Below, in pieces: positions 28,501 through 39,148 of a DNA stretch of 64,000 nucleotides. The notes under the pieces are model-generated. The model was not told the origin of the DNA. It made no database searches and saw only the letters and a program-made list of their open reading frames with translations. Position 1 is the stretch's first letter. The number at the start of each line of letters is the position of its first letter. Origin of the DNA: a virus; IMG/VR virus record IMGVR_UViG_3300047359_000671, positions 1-64,000 of that record. One strand, 5' to 3'. The position numbers and the translations under genes are program-made.

Positions 28501-31500
28501 CTTTCAATTCTAATTTGACCCGATGTAACTGATGCATTCACTCCAGGAGTAACAAGTGCAGTAATCTGGTCTACAATACTTGCTTGTGTCGGTGCTTGAT
28601 TTCTTTCATATGTACCAGCATTAAGTCCTATCTGAAGTAATGCTGTTCCTGAAATCACCATAGATGCGGCAGAACTTTCTATTACTAATTTATTATCAAT
28701 GTTAACTGTTGCAGTAATGTTCGTTATTGTATCAAGTTCTACGGCTAGATTTTCAAGTTTACTTTCAGAATATGTAGTACCACTTGAAATGCCCAGTTCA
28801 ATCAGCGCACCGCCCGACATAACTAATTTCGGAAATGAGGATAAAATTTGTAATTGATTTGATGAATCTGATGCTTGAACCGAACTTGACCCGGCGTTAA
28901 TGGCATCGACAATTGCTGTCAAGTCATCACCAGCCGTTAATGTTATAGTTTCTCCGTTAATAACTAACGGTGTAGTTGATGAAATTACTGGACTTGTTGT
29001 AGTTCCAGTTACTAGTATATCTGCGACTGCTTTTGACACCCCATCAATAACAACTGTCTTTCCTGTATCAAGTGTAGATGATGTTGTCCCGTTGCTTTCT
29101 AAATTTATATCATTTGTAGCACTGTAATCTACTGTTAGTGTTGCTCCATCAATTGTTATTTGGTCACCATATGTAGAAGAAAATCCACCAGTAGTCTGTG
29201 CAACTGTTCCTGTAAATATTACAGTAGTATTGGTGTTTACAACCAACCCGTTAGCATCATAGATTACAAAACTTGCTCTTTCGCCTGGTTCAACTACTGG
29301 GTTAGCAGTTGAGCCTAAAATAGTAATACCACTTGCGCCGCCACCGGCTACTGAACTATATACAAATTCTGTACCATCAATATATAGCGTATCTCCTATG
29401 TTTATTATAGGGTTACTTGCTGTGCCTATCGCTTCTACACCCGAGTCAGTAGATGTAGGTACATATATACTATTTGTTGTACTAACATCAATCTCAACAA
29501 TAACAGGTTCAAAGTCCTGTTCAAATACTAAGTATTCATATATTGTTACACTGTCAACATCTCTTGTTCCGTCCAGTGTTAGCAAATAGTAATCTGCGAT
29601 AGATGGGTCGATTTCAGAACCTGAAATCTTTAAGTATATCGGTTGGTCAAGATAATCTGCATCAATCTCAGAAGTCAAGCCTAAGTATAGTTGGTTATCA
29701 TTTGTTTCACCGATATAACTTATTTCTGCAATCTCACTTAATCTAGCAACATCCCAATCTCTGTCTTTATCAAACTGAATCCAAGCAGTATCACCTTCAT
29801 ACAAATTTGAAGTATCTAAATTTGATAATCCATCATAATCTTTAACTATATAATTTACATCATTTGAGTCAACATATCCTGCATTTTTAATTGCAGGTTT
29901 TCTCTTAGAACTCTTATATTTCATTGGATTTTCTACTGCATCGAATTCTACTAAGAATGGGTCAGAAATCATATCAGTAACTAAAATATTATCGTTTGTT
30001 AGAGTATATGTAGATTTAATATGTCCGTAACTTCCTAATTTAAATGCCCATATAGTTTCATGCTGAATGTCTTTAAAGTTTGAATTATTATTAAGAATTC
30101 TATTAATACTAGAATTCGTACCTTTATGAGACAAGAACCCTTTATAAAATTCTAATTGCGATTCTCTTTCAACACCATGATTTGTCAGATATGTTCTTTC
30201 AGTATATCCAATCTGACTTGCTTTTAACTTGTTTATAATAGATAAACTTTGGTCTACTAATGTATCTCTATAGAATTCTGTTTCAGCAATCATTGTATCA
30301 AAGTTAGGTATTAGTTTATTATCATACACTATGTAACCATCTGCTGTTAGTGTTCCATCCCAATCCACTGTTCGGTTACAGTCAATCTTCATTCTAAGAT
30401 TTCTGTCATGTGTCAATGGATTATAAATGACATCATTATAACTATCTACTCGGTCAACAACAAATGCATGTTCAACGTCTGATATATCCATTTTCATACC
30501 ATATACAGGAACATTGCTTCTAAATGTAATTGTCTCGCCGTTTGTATAAAATTTTATTTCTGTATTAGGTATAAGCCTAGACGATGCATCTACTACACGA
30601 TAAAAGTTCTTATGTGTTTCTGTTCTGACACTCGCAACACCGTATGGTGCTGAGAACGAACCACTCATTAACATTGGCGTCAATGTTATGAAGTCACCTA
30701 CTTGGTGTTGTTCTGCTTGCCAATCTAAGAATTTATATAGTAAGTTTTCCCAATCGACTACCTCACCTGTGTCATCTAGGTCAGTAAAATCCCAACCTAC
30801 TGCTTTTAAGTATTCTTGGTAACCCATTATTAAGTGAGTGACATCATCAATGCTTTCTAAAATATCACCGTAATTGTATGTTTTAAGAGTATCATCTAAT
30901 AACTCTTTATATCCGTTTGATTGTATTCTGTTTTCTCTAGGCCATTCACTTAACGCTTTCCAATCTGCATAATTATCATCAAATATTGATGTTGCAGTAT
31001 GTGATACTAAACAAACATACGGTTGCTTGTTGTATACAACATATGAGTCTTGTCTATAATATTCGCCCTCTTGCCAGTTTTGCAAGTTTGCTAAATCACC
31101 TTCTGTAGAAAATACTTTTTCACCACTTGCTTTATCCCATGCCATAGAATAAAATACTGGGTTTATTTCATCATACCCATGCACTCTGTAGCCAAACTTT
31201 CCTGTTTTGGGTTGTGAAATTAATGTCCAACCACTATAATCAAAATATGTTGCACTAGGAGGTGTCTGTTCTTTTGTAGTCAACTCTGATACTTTTCTTT
31301 TATAATATTTGTTATCATTTAGATTTAGTACAATCATTCCGGCAGTATAATTTGACAAGTCTGCAAATGCATATACAGGATGAGGGCTATCTAATGAGAC
31401 TTTTTCAATAATCAATGCACTGAAGAATTCGCTTCTATTTGGTTCACCTGTATGCACGAACAAATCATAATTATCTTCAGGTATCTCAGTAAATCTACTA

Positions 31501-34430
31501 TTAGATAATGAGTTGTTTTCTGTTAACAGTTTAAAGTTGTTAACAAATCCACCCAATTTAGAACCTAGTTTAAATGTGTAGTCTTGTTTTTCTTCCACAA
31601 TGGCAGTTGTGTCAATACCGTTATGTGTGTTGAAATATGTAATGATATCTTTTACTTGCAATGAATAATTGTATAGTACCTCAAACGGACTGCTCAACAT
31701 CATTAATAAAAAGTTTGCGAATGGGTATTCACTACTTCTAGTCCATGCTAACTCTACTGGTGAATTGTCTCCAAATTCCCAGTCTTGGTCCATATTTGCA
31801 ATGTCTTCACTTGATATATTACCGCCGAAGAATAACTCTTTCGGTTCTTTTAAGAAACCGTTAGAATCAATTGGTACTGGAATAGTTAATGAGTTTTTAT
31901 TGATAAAGTCATTCCAAAAAGTATGAGTGTAGTAATTGCCATTACCTAGATATGTTTGGTCAAACCCTGATGGTTTTTGTGAAAGTTTCAAAACTCTCCA
32001 AGGTTCTATCATTGGTTTATCAGTGCCATAAATATAGATAAACAATCCTCTCCAATGACCACTTGCGTCTTCGTTTTTTGCACGATAGTTCCACGTTTTC
32101 CAATCAGTTGCATCATATATATCATTGTATAAATTATCAATGTTGTTTCTCATCATCCATTTCTTAAAGAAAGGATATAACATATATTTCTTTTCAGCAT
32201 TAGAGTAATCACTTTGTGCATCATATAATCCATAGTTCATACTATCAATATTAGTGCTGTGTGTATCCAATCTGTTGTATATTAATGTTTCAAACATCAA
32301 CATAACTTTATCTATTCTGTCATTAAACTTTGCAATACCGGTACCAACTCCAACTCCTGTCGCAGTGAATATAGTACCAACATCGTTGTCTGCGGCTCCG
32401 ATTAATGTAAAATCAGTATTACCTTTTTTTGTTATTTCGTATTCTGTTCCTATTGCGAATTCACCTGCAAGAAAAGACTGCGAATACGCTGGCATCAATG
32501 ACCCATCATGTCCTTGAATAAATCCTACTTCATCGTCATACTCCAAGTCTGTGATAATCTTTGGTTCAAATGCTGGGTGTATTTTTAATGATGTGGCACT
32601 TGGTGGTATATATGTTAATTTAATATTTTTGTATAACCTGACAAATGCAGTTTCAGTACCTGATAATGGAGAAGTGAAGTCTACAGAGTTACCCGCAATA
32701 GGAATAGTATAATCTAATCCAAACCTTTGTACTACATTATCTACTATCACCACAATATCTTCATCATTTACAATGTTAGATACAAAGTTAGGCATAACTT
32801 GTTCAGATGAGCCTGGCGTTATAGTAATTTGAAGTTCTTCATAATGTGCGAATTCTTCACCGAAATTAATCATTTTGCTATCTCTAAAGATACTAATACT
32901 TTGTTGTTTGCCTAGAGATATAGTAGAAACTGCCTCTTCTAATATTTGTAAGTCTGTTTTTGTTTTACTAGCAGATGATGATAGAATATCAATTACAGTA
33001 GTAAGAATTTTATTTTTATATCCATTGTACGCATTTGATAAGAATTCAGTAGCCAAGAATGGGTCATAATCATCACGGGTGATTGCAAAGTATGCCTCTT
33101 TGATATCAACTGTATTTCTAATTAATACACTACCTTGATTAGCATGCCTTAGTTTATCTGAATTATCTCCCAAGTTTCTATAATTGCTAACACCGTTTGG
33201 TTTTCCCACTAAACTATTTGTAGTTTCGATAATACGCACTATATGTTCGTATATTGTAGAATACGGAATGTCTATATTAACATATGAAAGATTATCTACA
33301 TTATATTCTAACGCTGGTTGTAATCTTTGAAATACTTCATCACCGTCATATATTACTTCATCTTTTGTGCAATAATCTACATATATGTAACCAGTTAATT
33401 CACTAGTTGTATTAATTTTATTTGTTACATTATTGTATGTGTAATTTCCTATCTGTTTAATTCCATCTACGTACAAATCAATGTCATTAACATTTTTTGC
33501 TTCTTGTAAAAGTTCTATTTGAGACAAGTTCTCTACATTGCCTAATTCTTGTCTTAGGTTTCTGTAATCAAACGTTGATGTAGTATATAGATTTTTATAT
33601 TCTGAATTATACTTGTAATTCAAATTATCTAATAAGTCTATATTAAAAATGAATTCACTTTGATAATCGCCTGCTTTTAGTTTAGGCTGAATGTCAAGTT
33701 CTTGGTCTACTGCAAATTCTGAACCTGTCACATAATGAAAGATTTTAATATCTTGCACAAATGTATTAGTGCTATCATACGCTTTAAACTCAGGAATATC
33801 GAATTCTGTTGCGGTAGCACTACCGTTACTTAATTCAATATTATTATCAAATTCTATGATAGGTCTTAATGCTTGTGATATTAGTGTATAATTTGAGTCT
33901 GTAATCTGACTTCTAATATCATCATAATGATACCAAGAGTTATTGGAACTCCACCAATCAGATGCCCCTTTATCAATAGTTATATAATGTTTATTCGTTG
34001 TAGACTGTTCACTACCACTAAAGAACCCTGGACTAACCCAGTAATACATTGCATAGTTTATAAACTTATCTAAATCGATAGGCAGTTGTACTGTTTCTAA
34101 ATCAGTTTTAAATAATCTACGATGGTCATTAGTTAATGAACCTTTATTGAATAATGCATTGAATAAATCTTCATAAAAAACATTATCTGTTGCATTTACA
34201 TTAGTAAATGTAGGTTCAAGACCATAATTATCACGTGAAAAAGCATGTGCGGGAAACGACAAATAAATGTCGTTTTCGTTATAGATTCCTTTTTCTTTTC
34301 GACCAACAAATGCTTTAGTCTTTTCCATTTCTCCTTGAGAGAAAGCACGGTCAAGTGTTGTTTCGACAATTGTTTCTAGTTCACTATTTTTTAAATGTGC
34401 TGGAAGAAAATCATAAATCTTTTTTGCCAT
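25560..34430 (-). CDS. Giant (2956 aa) baseplate wedge/virion structural protein
   Basis: Follows the gp25- and gp6-like genes. IDLDKFINY..YYW near the N-terminus and YINETKPYHVK near the C-terminus; internal repeat modules. Confidence 0.75.
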   Translation of the reverse strand: MAKKIYDFLPAHLKNSELETIVETTLDRAFSQGEMEKTKAFVGRKEKGIYNENDIYLSFPAHAFSRDNYGLEPTFTNVNATDNVFYEDLFNALFNKGSLTNDHRRLFKTDLETVQLPIDLDKFINYAMYYWVSPGFFSGSEQSTTNKHYITIDKGASDWWSSNNSWYHYDDIRSQITDSNYTLISQALRPIIEFDNNIELSNGSATATEFDIPEFKAYDSTNTFVQDIKIFHYVTGSEFAVDQELDIQPKLKAGDYQSEFIFNIDLLDNLNYKYNSEYKNLYTTSTFDYRNLRQELGNVENLSQIELLQEAKNVNDIDLYVDGIKQIGNYTYNNVTNKINTTSELTGYIYVDYCTKDEVIYDGDEVFQRLQPALEYNVDNLSYVNIDIPYSTIYEHIVRIIETTNSLVGKPNGVSNYRNLGDNSDKLRHANQGSVLIRNTVDIKEAYFAITRDDYDPFLATEFLSNAYNGYKNKILTTVIDILSSSASKTKTDLQILEEAVSTISLGKQQSISIFRDSKMINFGEEFAHYEELQITITPGSSEQVMPNFVSNIVNDEDIVVIVDNVVQRFGLDYTIPIAGNSVDFTSPLSGTETAFVRLYKNIKLTYIPPSATSLKIHPAFEPKIITDLEYDDEVGFIQGHDGSLMPAYSQSFLAGEFAIGTEYEITKKGNTDFTLIGAADNDVGTIFTATGVGVGTGIAKFNDRIDKVMLMFETLIYNRLDTHSTNIDSMNYGLYDAQSDYSNAEKKYMLYPFFKKWMMRNNIDNLYNDIYDATDWKTWNYRAKNEDASGHWRGLFIYIYGTDKPMIEPWRVLKLSQKPSGFDQTYLGNGNYYTHTFWNDFINKNSLTIPVPIDSNGFLKEPKELFFGGNISSEDIANMDQDWEFGDNSPVELAWTRSSEYPFANFLLMMLSSPFEVLYNYSLQVKDIITYFNTHNGIDTTAIVEEKQDYTFKLGSKLGGFVNNFKLLTENNSLSNSRFTEIPEDNYDLFVHTGEPNRSEFFSALIIEKVSLDSPHPVYAFADLSNYTAGMIVLNLNDNKYYKRKVSELTTKEQTPPSATYFDYSGWTLISQPKTGKFGYRVHGYDEINPVFYSMAWDKASGEKVFSTEGDLANLQNWQEGEYYRQDSYVVYNKQPYVCLVSHTATSIFDDNYADWKALSEWPRENRIQSNGYKELLDDTLKTYNYGDILESIDDVTHLIMGYQEYLKAVGWDFTDLDDTGEVVDWENLLYKFLDWQAEQHQVGDFITLTPMLMSGSFSAPYGVASVRTETHKNFYRVVDASSRLIPNTEIKFYTNGETITFRSNVPVYGMKMDISDVEHAFVVDRVDSYNDVIYNPLTHDRNLRMKIDCNRTVDWDGTLTADGYIVYDNKLIPNFDTMIAETEFYRDTLVDQSLSIINKLKASQIGYTERTYLTNHGVERESQLEFYKGFLSHKGTNSSINRILNNNSNFKDIQHETIWAFKLGSYGHIKSTYTLTNDNILVTDMISDPFLVEFDAVENPMKYKSSKRKPAIKNAGYVDSNDVNYIVKDYDGLSNLDTSNLYEGDTAWIQFDKDRDWDVARLSEIAEISYIGETNDNQLYLGLTSEIDADYLDQPIYLKISGSEIDPSIADYYLLTLDGTRDVDSVTIYEYLVFEQDFEPVIVEIDVSTTNSIYVPTSTDSGVEAIGTASNPIINIGDTLYIDGTEFVYSSVAGGGASGITILGSTANPVVEPGERASFVIYDANGLVVNTNTTVIFTGTVAQTTGGFSSTYGDQITIDGATLTVDYSATNDINLESNGTTSSTLDTGKTVVIDGVSKAVADILVTGTTTSPVISSTTPLVINGETITLTAGDDLTAIVDAINAGSSSVQASDSSNQLQILSSFPKLVMSGGALIELGISSGTTYSESKLENLAVELDTITNITATVNIDNKLVIESSAASMVISGTALLQIGLNAGTYERNQAPTQASIVDQITALVTPGVNASVTSGQIRIESINHDLEIAEVTSGAMSRLGFATTTVTVNATDNIVDDLNNQVFTSASTTAQKDDKQVKISSNEQSIVVANIQGNPLTDIGIPTGTYSNTATVSTSAVEFASQINSASSSIVVNISSDGRMIFTSNGTSMSFVGSDSALLTTIGLVSYYSSVTSNSNYKAMFWKSLRYTPNFGASSFNEFYSALGLNSGSLIWADAFQGTGWAVLKRSTTGSLSIHARQSAEIDTELVHRVVVKDGETFIVHNLYDPLNLKMPGAIVSKLDYVSWSDPARYDYTGSIDIWLDEKVGEIWWDTDDVRFYRYNDYGDENANLQVDYVTRHWGQIVPGSTVSVKRWTKTRTLPATVSQFNVKKYFDTELDKEITEYFYWDTSNDVAEELAVLISTGQIKNKFIPVGPTSILLSNNAYLYGEETIKITVEYRPVANPGNAKVVSDWELIGENTDTKVPAMLVNDMTESLANMKVPNIFADDLDSAQLADVNNAIINISWIEDLSINDIVVTLNNSIIPAKHISINGANLQVSQQYTMVVGDILRAYQVDEKTDNWFGNLAQARINFATFMNSKLANKLLLSTFPKYNQYINNNELIFGLTDWYFNDSYKDIKQFSYLSTTRNFDMLKEYKKGTKSFKIQLPTHDEYYFEDNGSLKLVNMSDGSLKLSFQNIVYPDANYTTYYNNAIGIQIYEFMNMLNTFETDKFINETFFTMIKYLFTEKTYPDWVFKTSYIDLKLYNRDLRQYAVYQRDSEEDTIEYINETKPYHVKVRDIERIYSTNETANTKTTIAERMNITLNFGNNSRYEDQTFDGGDYEILSEPGNLDEIGDGTWEQGTLLRNRYTPTSSTTGFDTGLVRSGYLDAAVLRLQTYNGDITGGIGGNTIDNTKFYVYDKLGRGYSIDVTDSDTISSFDGTTLEVTTQSKFKTASGKDKKLIAVERPNSSQIEFMMYDAKANTSLTISDRTLYTGLGYAFETGSKVYILGTPLQIVLHDLV

Positions 34431-34432
34431 CT

Positions 34433-37400
34433 TTATTCGCCTTGTAATTCAGATTGTGATAATTGTTTAATAATTGATACATCGCTTGATGTAGTGACCG
34501 ACATGAATATTTCATTCAGTTCACTAGAGATACTTAGCAATTTTGTAAATGTGTTTCCTGAGTACTTAGGTGTAATTACTACACTTGAAATATAATCTCC
34601 TAGTTCTTTGTGCAAGTATGCCGCAAGTTCTGAGAAGTAGAATGTAGCACCAAAGTCCCAGTTATCAATTGAAAAATATTCATTGACTTTACTTGATACC
34701 ATTGCTTTTGTTTCACTGTCTGTGTATCCGGAACCTAGTTTCTTAATTACTTTAAATACTGCTTGGTTTTCTGGTTCAGCATAAGCCCCGAATAGATACT
34801 TAAACTGTACCGGAATATAACTAATGTGGTCTGAGATTGATGCTTTGCTTTCAATACTAGACATTGTTTGTGATAGTTCATAACTATTAGGTGCAACTGG
34901 TAATGCTCTTGTAAAGTTACTTGATATCCAATTATTAACATTTCTAACATAGTCGGATGATAATACATACACATCAACAATGTTACTTGTGCTTGGGTCT
35001 ATTCGTTTATCGGTATCTGCATAATGGTCCCATCTAAAACTCATAAACACATCTTTAGCAAATGATATGCCTTCTACCACTCTATACGTAATGCCAGAAG
35101 TTGTCATAGAACCATCTGCATTGATTGTTTTCTGTGTCAGCAACAACCAACCATCACCTAATCTTATATACCATTCTGTATTAGTTGTGTTATACCATAA
35201 CGTAGCAGTTGGCGGGAGAGAAACATCAGGCAGTGGGCCTGAGCCAGGAGTTGCAAAAGCAACACGTGATGCACGTTCATACGTTATATTATTTTCTGAG
35301 TATTGCTCTAATACCATATGATTATTTTCAGCAATGTCAAGCATCGCATATGGGTAATTATTTACGTTAAATGTTAATAATTTTACTTTGGTATTGTCTA
35401 CATACCCTTCTGGTGTCAGATATTTGTCATATACATAACTTGCATCAGTATCGTATGTAGTTGTTTGAGTACTATTCATAACTGATAAATCAAATGATGC
35501 TTTTACTTTAACACCGAAACCAACAAGTGATGTCGTACCTGATGCATCACCGATGTAAGCATCTATCAACGTACCTACTCCTGGGTCAATAGTCCAGAAA
35601 ATAACTTTATAATTGTTACCACTTAGATGCGTTACTGTTGTATGTACAGTACTAATGATTGCCTGTGTTGATGAATTTTTAAGAATTAAGTTATCAGTGG
35701 TCAATGCTGTTGAACTTACTAAATCTAATTCTGCGTATGCCCATTGCTTAAAATATATGTCTAAGTCTAAACTATCAATTCGTATGTCCAATGCTGGTAA
35801 TGTAAATGTATACTGATTACCAACAACCGATACCACATATTCCCATTGCACACCCGGGTCGCCAATTGCCGCAGATTGTCTGCCGGAGGCGTTATTACCT
35901 CCTGGCAACTCATCACTGTCTAAGAATGCAAAATTCTTGTCATTCTGTTGTTGACTAAAATATGTTGTCGAAACTTCACCTTTGAATCCACGTGACACTA
36001 AGTCTGTATCACTCATTGTCGTATATGATGAGTTTGCATTTGCCCAATCACCATCGGTATTAATCAAAATTTGTGTACCGTCAGATAACGCATATTCTGT
36101 TGTACTCATTGCTTGTACATCATCTGTAATAGAAGTTAGTGATGAAATGTACTGTGTAATGTCATCGACTTCTAAACTTATTTTGTATTCTGGAGATTCT
36201 CCGATATCACGCCAAGTAGGGTCAACAGGGTATACAACTTCTGTGGTAGTATCGATTGGGTATTCAATTCCTTCTGGAGTTACTAAACAAGACGTTACAT
36301 TTGTATTTGAGACTGCTGGGTTATCCGTATTACCGTCTAACTCATAAAATGTATAATTTACATCTGCACCAGTGTGTTTAAATTCAGCATCAAATGTGGC
36401 GCCGCCTGAGCCGTCATCTACATAGTTAGATATTGTAGTATAACCGATAGTTACATCACCTTCAACTGTAGTAGAAGGTTGTGTCGATGATACCCCGTCT
36501 GCGCCTTTATAATTTATTAAAATTAAATCACGCTCTGCAAGACTAGTTTCGTTATCAATTACCATATCACTATTACTGTAGTAAAATTTAACTTGGTCAC
36601 GGCTTTCAAATGCAATCTTTTTGCCAGGAATAGTAGCAACATATTCTGATTCCATGTCTCTTAGGCCTGAGGTATATGTAAATGTGATTTGGATATCTGA
36701 TACACCGCCAGATAATGCCCAGCCCCAAAGACCTGCCTCAAATGTATAATACAATGTAAATGTAGACACACCATTGTTAACTTGCGTTTTAATTTCAGTA
36801 ATTTCACTTTCTGTGAATTTAGTTCTAAATCCTCTGACTATCGTTTTTATAGTTCCATCTTCTGGGATATATTCATTGAGAGTATATGGTGTTGAAGAAT
36901 CTGTTACTTTTGTCCAGATATCTTCTCCACTTGCCGTTAATAATTGTAAATAATCGCCATCGTATAATGTATCAGTTAGGAGTGGTGAATTTATTTGCAT
37001 AGAATTTGTTGTACCCACTGTATATACTACATCAACGTTAGTGATTGTTACTGTCGCCGCATCTTTGTTTGTATGATAATATTTGTTCACTAAACTAGGA
37101 TGCTTAATTGCTTTCACTAGAACATTACGAATAAAGTTATCAGCATCACCACTCAATTTATTAAAACTCAAAGACATTTTAGTAGTTTCGTTTTCAACAA
37201 AAATACTTCCATCTGTACCAGTAACACTCAAGTTTGAGTGATGACCTGTAGTGTCATCCATCTCAAAGAAACGAGATGAACCTGCAAAGGTCGTGTTGAC
37301 TGCTTTAGTTTTTCTAACTACATTGTTTCCTAATGTAAGAGGATAAACGTTATAGTCCTGGGCATTTACCATTCTATCTTGTGCATAATAACTTCTTGGT

Positions 37401-38659
37401 GCTACACGTCTTACACTCGCATATGTCTCGCCTGCATAGTTTTCACCAAAATCTTTTGTACTCGATACTGTTAGTGACAATCTATAAGTTCTTCCGTCTG
37501 CACCTACATATGGTATTGTAATTAGTTTCTCTATAACATCTTCTGCATTTACTGAAAAGTTTTCATTATCAGCCTGACGATACCAAACACGATAATTACC
37601 AAAAGCCGCATTTCCGAAAACACCATCAGGATAATGTAAAGATATTGCGTTGTTATCTAATGTTGTTACATTTACGATATCACCATTACCATTTCGCAAT
37701 GAGTTGAAAATCGCCGTTTCTCTCGTATCATTATCAACTTTAGTCACACTAGAACTATATTCACCTAAGTTATTAATCTTTTGAACCCATACATCTGAGT
37801 TAGAAACATTATTAATATCCATAGGTTCAACCCTATTTGATATCTTAGTGTTATATTGAAAATCTTTATATGCTAATGTCCCTGCTTTTGCAAACACAAA
37901 GAAGCCAGTTCTGTCTGATGCCGGTCCCAAGTTATCATTACGATTAATAATAGTAAAGTTTTTATTAGGATTAGGTTCTGCTTCAACAACTTTATTATTG
38001 ATAAACTCAGTACGAACTGTGTCAAACGTTCTGGAGCCACCGTCAATATTTGCATTGAAAGTATATGTCACTGCTTTTGTATTAACATCTTCATTGATTT
38101 CATATGAGTAATGCTCTACATTTGCTACAGTTAAAGATGCATTTGGATTTTGAATTTTTGTTGTTCCAGCAAAAGATGAATTAATGATGCTGATAAAATC
38201 TTCATACCAATCAACATTGTTTGCATCATTCCAGTTGATAACACTACCAGCGAGAGAGTTGCCTTCGTTATCATACACATCTTCGTTTGTTGAAATGCTT
38301 GTGATTTTCATAAACCCCTTTGCATTGATAGGTCGTGTCTTATTATAACCTAAAGTCTTCGCCATCTGTAGAATACTTGCTCTACGTTCTGCTAAGTCTA
38401 AGAAATTCTCACGTGTGTTCATGTCCAGTCTGAACGATAAACTGTGTCCTAAGTATGCAACTAGGTCAAGAATTGCTATAAATTCTGAACTTGCAATAAA
38501 GTCATTAAATTTTTCTGGGTACGTTTGCTTTGTGTACGCTAGTAACGCCTCTCTGATTGTATCAAAGTCGTATGCTTTTAAACTAACGTTTGTGAATGCA
38601 GTATAGACTGCTGTCCAACTTTCACTTGCAAATAAATTGTCCACTCTGTCTTGGCTCAT
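34433..38659 (-). CDS. Baseplate wedge subunit (T4 gp6-like, extended)
   Basis: YDFDTIR..L..Y, NDFIASSE..AILDLVAY, ENFLDLAERR.S...AK.LGY, FPDG-like YPDGVFG, QDRMVNAQDY. Confidence 0.85.
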   Translation of the reverse strand: MSQDRVDNLFASESWTAVYTAFTNVSLKAYDFDTIREALLAYTKQTYPEKFNDFIASSEFIAILDLVAYLGHSLSFRLDMNTRENFLDLAERRASILQMAKTLGYNKTRPINAKGFMKITSISTNEDVYDNEGNSLAGSVINWNDANNVDWYEDFISIINSSFAGTTKIQNPNASLTVANVEHYSYEINEDVNTKAVTYTFNANIDGGSRTFDTVRTEFINNKVVEAEPNPNKNFTIINRNDNLGPASDRTGFFVFAKAGTLAYKDFQYNTKISNRVEPMDINNVSNSDVWVQKINNLGEYSSSVTKVDNDTRETAIFNSLRNGNGDIVNVTTLDNNAISLHYPDGVFGNAAFGNYRVWYRQADNENFSVNAEDVIEKLITIPYVGADGRTYRLSLTVSSTKDFGENYAGETYASVRRVAPRSYYAQDRMVNAQDYNVYPLTLGNNVVRKTKAVNTTFAGSSRFFEMDDTTGHHSNLSVTGTDGSIFVENETTKMSLSFNKLSGDADNFIRNVLVKAIKHPSLVNKYYHTNKDAATVTITNVDVVYTVGTTNSMQINSPLLTDTLYDGDYLQLLTASGEDIWTKVTDSSTPYTLNEYIPEDGTIKTIVRGFRTKFTESEITEIKTQVNNGVSTFTLYYTFEAGLWGWALSGGVSDIQITFTYTSGLRDMESEYVATIPGKKIAFESRDQVKFYYSNSDMVIDNETSLAERDLILINYKGADGVSSTQPSTTVEGDVTIGYTTISNYVDDGSGGATFDAEFKHTGADVNYTFYELDGNTDNPAVSNTNVTSCLVTPEGIEYPIDTTTEVVYPVDPTWRDIGESPEYKISLEVDDITQYISSLTSITDDVQAMSTTEYALSDGTQILINTDGDWANANSSYTTMSDTDLVSRGFKGEVSTTYFSQQQNDKNFAFLDSDELPGGNNASGRQSAAIGDPGVQWEYVVSVVGNQYTFTLPALDIRIDSLDLDIYFKQWAYAELDLVSSTALTTDNLILKNSSTQAIISTVHTTVTHLSGNNYKVIFWTIDPGVGTLIDAYIGDASGTTSLVGFGVKVKASFDLSVMNSTQTTTYDTDASYVYDKYLTPEGYVDNTKVKLLTFNVNNYPYAMLDIAENNHMVLEQYSENNITYERASRVAFATPGSGPLPDVSLPPTATLWYNTTNTEWYIRLGDGWLLLTQKTINADGSMTTSGITYRVVEGISFAKDVFMSFRWDHYADTDKRIDPSTSNIVDVYVLSSDYVRNVNNWISSNFTRALPVAPNSYELSQTMSSIESKASISDHISYIPVQFKYLFGAYAEPENQAVFKVIKKLGSGYTDSETKAMVSSKVNEYFSIDNWDFGATFYFSELAAYLHKELGDYISSVVITPKYSGNTFTKLLSISSELNEIFMSVTTSSDVSIIKQLSQSELQGE

Positions 38660-38660
38660 T

Positions 38661-39017
38661 TTATTCTCTCTCTAAATCTATGTTTAAATCTACCTCAGTA
38701 TTTGATGGTAGAATACTAATTCTAAGTGATGCATTTACTCTATGTCCACTATCGCTTACCGCAATACTTGTTAAGTTGCATCGTGGGTCATCATTAACAA
38801 TATTTGTTAAATCTTCTTCTATCAACTCTGTAACTTCAGGAGTAAGTGGTTCGAATATCATATCATGTATAATTGAACCATATGTTGGCAACATTACTCT
38901 TTCGCCTTTGCGAGTCATAATGTGATTCATTAAGTCTTCAACAACTAAATCATTTCCTGTTAGAATATGATTGATTGCTTTTTTGTTCTTGGTACTAAAA
39001 CCTGTAAATTTTGCCAT
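38661..39017 (-). CDS. Baseplate wedge subunit (T4 gp25-like)
   Basis: TRKGERVMLPTYGS.I.D.IFEP...DPR. Confidence 0.9.
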   Translation of the reverse strand: MAKFTGFSTKNKKAINHILTGNDLVVEDLMNHIMTRKGERVMLPTYGSIIHDMIFEPLTPEVTELIEEDLTNIVNDDPRCNLTSIAVSDSGHRVNASLRISILPSNTEVDLNIDLERE

Positions 39018-39052
39018 AACTTATTCTCTCTGTAGTTATTTTCTATTAAGAG

Positions 39053-39080
39053 TATTTATCACTGCATAAACTTCGAAGTT
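39053..39080 (-). promoter_or_regulatory. Bipartite late promoter: AACTTCGAAGTT-N9-ATAAATA
   Basis: Perfect palindrome at 39069-39080 and late box at 39053-39059; same spacing recurs at 49273-49300 and 56938-56965. Confidence 0.8.
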
Positions 39081-39094
39081 TTGGAAACAAGCAC

Positions 39095-39123
39095 TTGACA
39101 AGACTATTTTTTAATGATATAAT
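39095..39123 (+). promoter_or_regulatory. Consensus sigma70 promoter (clpP operon)
   Basis: TTGACA-17 nt-TATAAT with an extended -10 TG. Confidence 0.9.
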
Positions 39124-39148
39124 ATCAAGCATAATATAGGAGAATATT

